Assembly (NCBI GenBank): GCA_002269645.1
Contig: NIVC01001710.1
Location: 135,071 to 199,070 of the forward strand
Source: Macrostomum lignano
Lineage: Eukaryota
Direction: 5' to 3'
DNA length: 64,000 bases
Numbering within the stretch: the first letter of the stretch is position 1; each line of letters opens with the position of its first letter. Both the position numbers and the translations under genes were made by a program. Shown here piece after piece: positions 38,501 to 50,500 of this stretch. The notes beneath the pieces are model-generated. The model was not told the DNA's origin, did no database searches, and saw only the letters and a list, made by a program, of their open reading frames with translations.

Positions 38501-41500
38501 TGTTTCGCGGCAAATTTTATAACACAGCGTTTACTGAGAACCGCATGCCGACTAAATTGTCGGCATTTGGCCGCAACAAGCGGATCAAATAGTGCCGGCA
38601 CGAGCAGCAGCTCCCAGCATGATTGCTGCGGCCTCGGCTTGCCGACGCCGGCGCTTCCCAATGTCCGGATTGGAGGCCAGAATGCTGGCCTCACTGTCAC
38701 GCCCCAATGCCTAATTTGACTTCTATTATGACTCAATGAATTTTTATGTACGCTCGTAGATTAACGCGAAACTTTCAAACAAGAACAAAATGTAGTTTTT
38801 TTAAGGCTGATCGAACCCCTTTCTTCCTCATGCCCAGTTTTCTGAACAATAATAATAACTGAGTACACCTGACCAAATTGGGCCAGACGTGCAACCGACA
38901 GCTCAGCCGCAGCTATTGCGCGGTGCATCTGAAAGCTGCGTACGGCTGTTCAGTCCAAGGACTGGGGGTCGCCACACACTGTCAATTCCATGTACCCCAT
39001 CTGGCACCCATTTTACTGCTGGGTTAACTGAAGCAATGCAGAGTTTAGTGTCTTGCTCAAGGACAAAAATTGTTCTGACTGGGTTGAGATTCGAACCCCC
39101 GACCTTTCAGTCGTGAGTTCGACGCTCTTACCACTAGGCTACAACCCCCTATTGTTCATAGTTTTTTAAAATCTTATTGGCTATTGTTTATTCTAAACAA
39201 TAAACTTTCCAAATCTAAACTGAAATGCCATTGAAAAGCCTGTGTACAAGCTGTCAGGTACGAGCAGCTATGTTTTCACATTTTCATACTCATATACCAT
39301 GCACAGCTGAGGCAGAAGGCCCCTGCACTCGTCAGTCGTGCAATTTCACGCTGCAAAATGCATCAGCGAGATTATTTTATTGTTAGATTAAAAGTACAAT
39401 CCTATTTAATAGTCCAGTTTGGTAAGTAAAGTACTGTATAATTACTAGGGGGGTATAAATCTTTTCCAGAAACAGACATAAAATAGTGTTTGTGCCGCAA
39501 CCGGTTTGAACATAGAATAGACTCATAAGATTCATAATCGGATAAAGTCGCCGATTGTCTTGGGACGTATTTCTCTCCTGCTCTTTAATCTCATTCTTCT
39601 CCCGTAACCGTTCAATCCTTCTGATCTAGCGGTCCTGGTTGATCATCTTGCTAACCAGTTTGCGTGAGTAGTGAGCAGTCACTCAAATCCGCAGCCTAAT
39701 CCGTTAGCCGTTTTCCAACAACTTTAATTGTTCCGATTGGCTTCCTAAAGACTTTTTAACGCCGCTGTCTGTTTCTCGATTTTGCCGGAGAAAAGCTGGC
39801 TGTGGAAGCGGAGGGCATAAATGAGTTAATTAATTTGGAATTCTAAAATCCTAGGCTTATAATAGAGTGGGAATTACGAGATTTTAATTCAGTCATTTTA
39901 GCTCGTGCTGTCAGTCCATTGCGACTCTAGATCGTAAAGTTTTAGGGCAGAAATTCCCCTAGTCTTGGTTGGTTGGTTGATGGATGGGACAAGTGGCCAT
40001 AGACAGTTGGTGGATGGGACAAGTAGCCATAGACAGTTGATGGATGGGACAAGTGGCCATAGACAGTTGGTGGATGGGACAAGTAGCCATAGACAGTTGA
40101 TGGATGGGACAAGTGGCCATAGACAGTTGGTGGATGGGACAAGTAGCCATAGACAGTTGATGGATGGGACAAGTGGCCATAGACAGTTGGTGGATGGGAC
40201 AAGTAGCCATAGACAGTTGATGGATGGGACAAGTGGCCATAGACAGTTGGTGGATGGGACAAGTAGCCATAGACCATGGACAGTAGATAGGACAAGTGGC
40301 CATAGACAGTCGGTACATGAGACAAGTAGCCATAGACAGTTGGTAGATGGGACAAGTGGCCAGAGACCATGGACAGTAGATAGGACAAGTGGCCATAGAC
40401 AGTTGGTACATGAGACAAGTAGCCATAGACAGTTGGTGCATGGGACAAGGGGCCATAGACAGTTGGTGGATGGGACAAGAGGCCATAGACAGACGAAAAC
40501 CGGTAACTGAATGCCTTACTATAACTTTTGTCTGCGGTCAAGCGGTCAAGCGAGTAAGTGGCATCGAAAGTATTGGAGATTTCCAAGTTCAGCTAAAGCA
40601 GCAAAATTGTTGCAGAAATCGCAAGGCACCTTCCTTTGGTCCAGCCAAAAGATTAATGGCATGCAGGTCTGGTCCGCTTTGCGCAGGCCGCCGCAACGCA
40701 ATCAACTATCTGTTTTGGGATAGCATTCGTGTACCAAGGAACGTGTAGTTAGATTAACATTTGCGAAGAAAACACTGGAAGCAGGTCCGTTGCCAAGGGC
40801 TTGCATTGCAGGCGGCATAGCCACCAGTGCAGATACTGATAGGTGGGGCAGACGGTCAGAACGTATGTGAGCGAAGCCGAGACGACTGGCGCTTGCACTT
40901 CCATAAATCAGGGGAAGTTTAGGCAAATAATTCGGTCGGTCAGAGTTATACACCAATTCATCGCGACGGACTGGAAACCCAATGCTGATTACCCTAGTAA
41001 TAGGCACTGTGTAGACTGTATTGAGTAGAATATAATGGAGATACTCGTAAGAATATGAAATTGCAAATTATAATACAATACATTAGACTCCAGTAGAATT
41101 AAAGGTAATATCAGAGAAAACTAAAACCCTTAGTTCTAGTTGCACCTTGGTTTTATTGCTGGGTAGAGCTTGGTAGAGTAGAAATATAATATTTTAAGAA
41201 ATAATGATGAGTGAAGAAGAGCGGATAAGAATGAAGTACAAGCGCAGTAGAGTAGACTAAAATAGGGTGAAGTAGAGTACAGCAGAGTAAAGCCGAGTAG
41301 AGTAAAGTTGCTCGTAAAATAGAGAAGAGCAGAGTAGAGTAGATTAGAGTAGAGTAGAGTAGAGTAGAGTAGAGTAGAGTAGAGTAGAGTAGAGTAGAGT
41401 AGAGTAGAGTAGAGTAGAGTAGAGTAGAGTAGAGTAGAGTAGAGTAGAGTAGAGTAGAGTAGAGTAGAGTAGAGTAGAGTAGAGTAGAGTAGAGTAGAGT

Positions 41501-44500
41501 AGAGTAGAGTAGAGTAGAGTAGAGTAGAGTAGAGTAGAGTAGAGTAGAGCAGAGTAGAGTAGAGTAGAGTGAAGTATATAAATGGGCCTACATGTGCCCA
41601 AGACAGTTCAGTCTGAACCAGCTTCCCAAACAGGTAAGCAATTTCAGCAAGTGCAGCAAATCTCTTTACTGAAATCGCTGTGTTTGGTAGAAGAAAAATT
41701 CTAGAGAATTCCGCTGGACGATAAGCAAAAATAGATTGAAGTAAGTAGAACGGATTTAAGGCCAGCAACCAATCTCTGCAACACTATAAGCTATCTGCTG
41801 AGCCCTCAATGTGAGGATTGGGGGTGCGGAACTCAGCCGAGCCAGAAGCAGGATCAGAATATTGCTAAAGCAACAGAAACTAACTTGAAATCGGCGGCCA
41901 GAAGAAGATTGGGAAGGGGGGCAGTGAAAGCAGCATGAAGGAAATGGAGAGAGAGAGAGAGAGAGAGGGGGAGAGAAAGAGAGGAAAAACAGCTGGGGTT
42001 TCGGCACAAAAAATCAATCCCTTAAATGTGTCTTCCCCAGCGATCTACTCTCTACTATGGAGCGACCAGCCCATGGTGTCAGGTTGAGGTCCGAGCGCTC
42101 GTCCCTCGGTCTTCATTTATTATTTCTCGGCACGGAGGCGAGACTTTTGTCGGCATTTTTGGAGTTCGAGAGGCCGATGCAAGAGAGGCTGGGCAGTGTT
42201 TGGACAGTTTCATAGAAGTAGGAACAAATTGGCTTTTATACGTTTTCTTTACTCAAATCATCCTTGATAAGACCTTTGATGGCCATAGACAGTTGGTGAA
42301 TGTAGGGACAAGTGGCCATAGACAGCTGGTGAATGTAGGGACAAATGGCTATAGACAGTTGGTGAATGTAGGGACAAGTGGCCATAGACAGTTGGTGAAT
42401 GTAGGGACAAGTGGCCATAGACAGCTGGTGAATGTAGGGACAATTGGCCATAGACAGTTGGTGAATGTAGGGACAAATGGCTATAGACAGCTGGTGAATG
42501 TAGGGACAAATGGCCATAGACAGTTGGTGAATGTAGGGACAAGTGACAACGAACATACTGTGTTATAGGTTGTGTTTAGTGGTTAATCACTTTTTGTTGC
42601 ATATTTTGTCTGCACCTCAGATGATTCCTACTGTGTTTTCGCACCATTGTCTAGTCTCTTCTTGTGGTTGTAACACACAGACTGCAGCTTCTTTCAAAAA
42701 AGCAGGTCGCGGGATAAGCTTCACTCTGCTCAGGTTCGAATAGATCTGCCTTCTTGCTCCGAGGCACAGTTAAGTACTAGTATATTGCTGTGTCAACATC
42801 AATAGGGAAGTGCTCCGACTCCTGTAGCCTTGTACGGTCCCTGTGTTTTGCATTGCTGTGTTGGAACATTTTCTAACACCAAATTTTTCACTCTGGGATC
42901 AGTTAAGGTCACAAAAATCAAGTGCTTCAATAGCTATGCTCGGTCCATGGTTGCTGCATCATTTCACGAGTCAGCACAGTGAGTCATCGCTTGGCCATCA
43001 ATTATTAGCGACTCTTTTACTGCCCGCAAACCGATTGTGACTTTGCTGTAGAGAGGGCTGCCGCAACTTCCAAAGACAGTCGATCCGCAGCCAGCATATT
43101 CCGCACAGCGACCCCGACTATTCTCATCGTCAGGAATGTACACCTGGGCGGTTGACCCTCCAAGTCGCAGGTCAATAGCGACTGCGCACGAAGCCGATCC
43201 CGAGAACTTTGGCGTGAGCCAGACGCGTTACCCGCTCGGAGCGACTCGTCACCCCTCAGGACCGTACGAATCCGGGGTAGCAATAAGTAGAAAAGCACAC
43301 TTAATATTTTGAACCCGAGAACAACCGAAGGACTTTAACAGTAGGAATACCAAGCCATTTTTCCGCCCGTCGAACTACCAAGAGGGGGGGAAAAATTTCC
43401 CCCCCCCTGACAATTTTTTTTGCTGCGCCGGAACGGAGCAACGCAGGCACACGAAATTCAAGAACACGGGCTAACTTCTTGTTGCGCACCTTCTCAAACA
43501 AGAATCAAGTCGCCAACCCTCCGGACCGTCGAGATATTCGACGATTCTGCCAGAAGGTCGGATTTTTCCCATAAGCGCTAGTGTATTCAGTACACCCCTG
43601 TGCGCCAATTAGCACTGCGCCTCAGTGCAGCCTTGCCAAGTCTCCAAATTTCATCAGCACGTCGACCAAATGTGTCTGCATCAGCTCTGACTTCGTTGGT
43701 TACTGGCCTTCACCGAGACGGAGCTTCTAGACCTTCAACAGGTGGCACCAGGTGACTATGAACACCTTGATGCGAATTTCTCGAGTTTCACCGATCAAGC
43801 CTCGACAGTAGGCAAGCCTCAACTGCCGGACACCCTCAGCTAGTCTCCTGAGCATTCCGTCATCATCCCGACACCGTCGGCTCCTTCAACAGGTGGCATC
43901 AGGTGACTATGGACGTCCTTTTGCAACTATGTCAGGTCTTTCTTATCAAGCTTCAATAATGAGCAAACCTCAACCGACGGACATTGTCAGCTAGTCTCTC
44001 AAGCATTCCGTCATCATCCCGACGCCGTCGGCTCCTTCAACAGATGACACCAAGTGACTATGGACACCCTGATGCGAATTTCTCTAGTTTCGCCGATCAA
44101 GCCTCGACAGTAGGCAAGCCTCAACTGCTCGACACCTTCAGCTAGTCTCCTAAGCATTCCGTCATCATCCCGACGCCGTCGGCTCCTTCAACAGATGACA
44201 CCAAGTGACTATGGACACCCTGATGCGAATTTCTCTAGTTTCGCCGATCAAGCCTCGACAGTAGGCAAGCCTCAACTGCTGGACACCCTCAGCTAGTCTC
44301 CTGAGCATTCCGTCATCATCCCGACACCGTCGGCTCCTTCAACAGGTGGCATCAGGTGACTATGGACGTCCTTTTGCAACTATTTCAGGTCTTTCTAATC
44401 AAGCTTCAATAATGAGCAAACCTCAACCGACGGACATTGTCAGCTAGTCTCTCGAGCATTCCGTCATCATCCCGACGCCGTCAGCTCCTTCAACAGATTA

Positions 44501-47500
44501 CACCAGGGACTATGGACAGCCTGATAAGAATTTCTCTAGTTTTGCCGATCAAGCCTCGATAGTGGGCAAAAATCAACTGCTGGACATCCTCAGCTAGTCA
44601 GTCAAGCATTTAGCCATCACCCCGACGCCGTCGGCACCTTCAACAGGTGGCACCAGGGGAGTAAGGACACCTGAGCGTGATTTTTCATCATGCTCTTAAC
44701 ATTTCTGAATCATTATAAAATAAAAAAACGGATTGAATTTACTGGCTTCTTATAAGCATAACCCTTTCTGCATAAAAATTCGGTTCAATATTATAGTTGA
44801 ATAAACTAAACAGCTTTTCGAATAAAATATGTATGTAGCTCGTATGCATAAAAGTATGTGTAATAATAATATAAATATACAGCAACATGAGTTCAAGCTT
44901 AACTATAGCAATTTCCGTGCTTTAAAAATTTTGAGAGCTTCAGAAATGTTAAGAGCATGATGAAAAATCACGCTCAGGTGTCCTTACTCCCCTGGTGCCA
45001 CCTGTTGAAGGTGCCGACGGCGTCGGGGTGATGACAGAATGCTTAGGAGACTAGCTGAAGGTGTCCAGCAGTTGAGGCTTGCCTACTGTCGAGGCTTGAT
45101 CGGCGAAACTAGAGAAATTCGCATCAGGGTGTCCATAGTCACTTGGTGTCATCTGTTGAAGGAGCCGACGGCGTCGGGATGATGACGGAATGCTTAGGAG
45201 ACTAGCTGAAGGTGTCGAGCAGTTGAGGCTTGCCTACTGTCGAGGCTTGATCGGCGAAACTAGAGAAATTCGCATCAGGGTGTCCATAGTCACTTGGTGT
45301 CATCTGTTGAAGGAGCCGACGGCGTCGGGATGATGACGGAATGCTTGAGAGACTAGCTGACAATGTCCGTCGGTTGAGGTTTGCTCATTATTGAAGCTTG
45401 ATAAGAAAGACCTGACATAGTTGCAAAAGGACGTCCATAGTCACCTGATGCCACCTGTTGAAGGAGCCGACGGTGTCGGGATGATGACGGAATGCTCAGG
45501 AGACTAGCTGAGGGTGTCCAGCAGTTGAGGCTTGCCTACTGTCGAGGCTTGATCGGCGAAACTAGAGAAATTCGCATCAGGGTATCCATAGTCACTTGGT
45601 GTCATCTGTTGAAGGAGCCGACGGCGTCGGGATGATGACGGAATGCTTAGGAGACTAGCTGAAGGTGTCGAGCAGTTGAGGCTTGCCTACTGTCGAGGCT
45701 TGATCGGCGAAACTAGAGAAATTCGCATCAGGGTGTCCATAGTCACTTGGTGTCATCTGTTGAAGGAGCCGACGGCGTCGGGATGATGACGGAATGCTTA
45801 GGAGACTAGCTGAAGGTGTCGAGCAGTTGAGGCTTGCCTACTGTCGAGGCTTGATCGGCGAAACTAGAGAAATTCGCATCAGGGTGTCCATAGTCACTTG
45901 GTGTCATCTGTTGAAGGAGCCGACGGCGTCGGGATGATGACGGAATGCTTGAGAGACTAGCTGACAATGTCCGTCGGTTGAGGTTTGCTCATTATTGAAG
46001 CTTGATAAGAAAGACCTGACATAGTTGCAAAAGGACGTCCATAGTCACCTGATGCCACCTGTTGAAGGAGCCGACGGTGTCGGGATGATGACGGAATGCT
46101 CAGGAGACTAGCTGAGGGTGTCCGGCAGTTGAGGCTTGCCTACTGTCGAGGCTTGATCGGTGAAACTCGAGAAATTCGCATCAAGGTGTTCATAGTCACC
46201 TGGTGCCACCTGTTGAAGGTCTAGAAGCTCCGTCTCGGTGAAGGCCAGTAACCAACGAAGTCAGAGCTGATGCAGACACATTTGGTCGACGTGCTGATGA
46301 AATTTGGAGACTTGGCAAGGCTGCACTGAGGCGCAGTGCTAATTGGCGCACAGGGGTGTACTGAATACACTAGCGCTTATGGGAAAAATCCGACCTTCTG
46401 GCAGAATCGTCGAATATCTCGACGGTCCGGAGGGTTGGCGACTTGATTCTTGTTTGAGAAGGTGCGCAACAAGAAGTTAGCCCGTGTTCTTGAATTTCGT
46501 GTGCCTGCGTTGCTCCGTTCCGGCGCAGCAAAAAAAATTGTCAGGGGGGGGGAAATTTTTCCCCCCCTCTTTGTAGTTCTACTGTTAAGCGACCGATGTA
46601 AAAAAGCGAACAGGTCAAGCATGATGGCAACCCATGCAGCGGGGCGCGACCGAGCACATGAGACCATGCCTGCAGTAGCCGAGATCCAGCTTGATTTACA
46701 GCCAATTCAACAGTGCAGCCCGCGGAGCCGTCCCCGGTCTCCTCAACTAAAAGAAACTCGACTGGCTCTGTTTAACTGGCCTTCTGCCCTCAGCCCAGCT
46801 CAGTATTAATCATGCGGCCATGCCGGTCCTAATCGTGCTTCGCAGGCGGCATCTGGTTGCGATGCCGAAGGGGACCAGAAGCCGATCCCAAGGGGGCCGC
46901 CCTCGGGGCTGTCCCTCTGCAGCTCCTCCTCAGCTCCCTCACTTTTTCTCTGCCGCGTCTCTGTCTTCTCGGCTTCTGGCTTCTCTTGTCCGTTTGGTTG
47001 GGCCAACTGTTCTGAGAGGGAGCTGGGGTGAGAAAAGGAGAACAGAGAGACTGCAGGGGCATCACGGATACAAAATACTTTAAACTACTAATGAATTATG
47101 TTTGTCTGGTGCCTAGAAGTGCCTGAGTAATTTGATATCCTGACAGACACTGTTGGAGGAAAGCTTTAAAGCCCTCAACCCAGCTAAAGTGACTGACTGA
47201 CTGACTGACTGACTGACTGACTGACTGACTGACTGACTGACTGACTGACTGACTGACTGACTGACTGACTGACTGACTGACTGACTGACTGACTGACTGA
47301 CTGACTGACTGACTGACTGACTGACTGACTGACTGACTGACTGACTGACTGACTGACTGACTGACTGACTGACTGACTGACTGACTGACTGACTGACTGA
47401 CTGACTGACTGACTGACTGACTGACTGACTGACTGACTGACTGACTGACTGACTGACTGACTGACTGACTGACTGACTGACTGACTGACTGACTGACTGA

Positions 47501-50500
47501 CTGACTGACTGACTGACTGACTGACTGACTGACTGACTGACTGACTGACTGACTGACTGACTGACTGACTGACTGACTGACTGACTGACTGACTGACTGA
47601 CTGACTGACTGACTGACTGACTGACTGACTGACACTAAGACAGACATGAGGCGGCAAAAATAGACACAGCTAGGTGAGAAAGGAAGATGTGGCAAGGGCA
47701 GCCCGCAGATGAAGGGCATCAAGGCAGCATCCGGATGAGCAGAAAGCAGGGAGAATGTGAGCTCAGCGAGTGGCTGCAGGCCGCATCCCCTGTATCAGGG
47801 CGTAGGCTGTGCTGGCAGCCCTTGAGTTTGGCAGCAGCAGCGCGAGGACCTGGCAGGGGCCAGGTGTAATTCGCGGAAGCGGCAGAGACCACCGCCCCCA
47901 CCTGTTTTCCACTTCCTGCGACTGCAGCACCGGGCGGATAGGGAAAAAATCGCACACCCTCTAACCACACCGGGTCTCCGCTTCCGTCAATATCTCCCAG
48001 TTCTGTTCCCGACTCTGCCCTTGAAGCTCTCTCCGCCTGCATGCCGCTCCGCTCTGCGCAGAGGCAACATCTAAACAAGTGCCCTCGGTCCTCCGGGAGG
48101 GCCAAACTTTCTGATGGCATTGTGTTCCTGTAAACACATCGAAATGTCATACTAGCTCGTAGAGGCAGGAGAGAGAGATTAGACAGAGAGTGGGAGACGC
48201 ACCAGCACAGATTGGGGTGGTTGGTGGATGTTGGGGGGGGGACAAGACCCTGTCTGGGGTACGGGGTGGGAGAACATTTGATGCTGAGGTGGCACCCAGG
48301 ACTGAAGACACCCTCACAGCAGTGCTTGGGGAATTCCAGCTGGCTGGCGTAGCCGACCACCCCAAAACCGGCCAAAGTGAAAGGCTGCGGCGCAAACCTG
48401 CAGCCCCACCCCATCCTCCGGAACGGCGGGGGGTCAAGCAGCTGCAGGTTGGCCGAACTACAAAAATGAATAAATTGTTGCACAAGAAATCACTCTGTAA
48501 AATCGCGCACTGCAAAAAACTAACAGGCTGCGGCAGCTGCAGGGAGTGAAGCGAATGAGTGACAAGCGGAGTGCCGCTGAAATATTAGAGCTGACCGATC
48601 GTGGCTTAATCGTTCAAAATCATAAACACTTTCTAGCGTAGAATTTAGACTGAAATATTTCCAAAATGCATTCATTTATGGCTATAGATTAGCAATCCAT
48701 TCTATTCCTTCAACCCTGATGGCTATAGATTAGCAATCCATTCTATTCCTTCATCCCTGATGGCTATAGATTAGCAATCCATTCTATTCCTTCATCCCTG
48801 ATGGCTATAGATTATCAATCCATTCTATTCCTTCATCCGTGATGGCTATAGATTAGCAATCCATTCTATTCCTTCATCCCTGATGGCTATAGATTAGCAA
48901 TCCATTCTATTCCTTCATCCCTGATGGAGCTATAGATTAGCAATCCATTCTATTCCTTCATCCCTGATGGAGCTATAGATTAGCAATCCATTCTATTCCT
49001 TCATCCCTGATGGAGCTATAGATTAGCAATCCATTCTATTCCTTCATCTGCGATGGCTATAGATTAGCAATCCATTCTATTCCTTCATCCCTGATGGAGC
49101 TATAGATTAGCAATCCATTCTATTCCTTCATCCCTGATGGAGCTATAGATTAGCAATCCATTCTATTCCTTCATCTGCGATGGCTATAGATTAGCAATCC
49201 ATTCTATTCCTTCATCCCTGATGGAGCTATAGATTAGCAATCCATTCTATTCCTTCATCCCTGATGGAGCTATAGATTAGCAATCCATTCTATTCCTTCA
49301 TCTGCGATGGCTATAGATTAGCAATCCATTCTATTCCTTCATCCCTGATGGAGCTATAGATTAGCAATCCATTCTATTCCTTCATCCCTGATGGAGCTAT
49401 AGATTAGCAATCCATTCTATTCCTTCATCTGCGATGGCTATAGATTAGCAATCCATTATCTTTCTTTATCTATCTGTTGGCTAGATTAGCTTAACAATCC
49501 CCAATTTGTTTCAATTCAGACTGAAGCCCATGCTCCATCATTCAGCTGAAGCTGCGCCAACCCGCAGGACACGATCCCCTACCCAAGCGAGTACGGCATC
49601 AACTCTCCCAGCGGCATGCAGACGGTGCTGGCACTCAACCAGGTGCAGACCAGCCTGGCCAACACGCCCACGAAACGGTGCGAGCCGAAGGGCCGATTCC
49701 ACGCCTTCGACCACCTGCTGGGGTAAGTGGCATTGTGAATGCCCCCCTCGACTGATATGTGAGCCCCGGACTGATATGTGACCTTTCAGATAGGTCGAAT
49801 GTCGCCTACTTCCAAATCGATGTGACTTCACTCGGTGTGACTTCACTCCCCAGACCAACGTAGCTCCACTTCCCATCTGATTGGCTTAGATAGGATTTTC
49901 CCACTCATATTCGACTCAAACTGTTCTCTGCATCTCACAGTCCCTGACTCCTCTTGCTGAGACAAAAATGCAGTATTATAGAAGAAGACTCGAAACAGGC
50001 TTTCTCTATCAACCGGGGCAGCCGAGGTTGTCAGACGAGAGGCTTGTTCATCGGCGTGAAAGTCCGCAGCAATGAACTGGGGCTGCCCAAATATGGCACA
50101 GCTCGTGGGATGAGCTGCGCCTGCTCGTGCGTTGAGCAGAATAACACACTTAAATAACACTTGGAGTGGGCTGGCCGCTCTCAACTGGAGGGTGCAAACA
50201 GACGGCGGAGCGACTTGCAATCCATATTTTTCCCCACACTCTTAGCCACAACCTCTTGAGCGGCCTTGAGGGCAAGTGCAGCGGACCTTAGCCAACTAAC
50301 TCAGCAGGTTGGGCTCTGACTGCGGCCGCATTGCAATCGAATTCAAATAGAGAGTGTTTAGAATTGGCGTGCGTTGCGCCAAATTTGAAAGATCTTTATG
50401 CCCAGTTCTGACGAGTAGTTATACCCCATTTTGCTGACCCTGATCACGCACACAGGGTGAATAGTGGTCCTTGATTTTCTCTTCGTCAGGCAGTTGTACA

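Noticed and set aside
39075-39148. tRNA-like sequence on the minus strand
   Set aside because: The acceptor stem does not close and the sequence continues into a SINE body and tail.
43700-46220. Regularly spaced repeats that might suggest a CRISPR array
   Set aside because: Whole 151-bp units are repeated with no unique spacers; eukaryotic context; no cas genes.
47096-47722. (SQSV)n ORFs
   Set aside because: Translation of the (GACT)n microsatellite.
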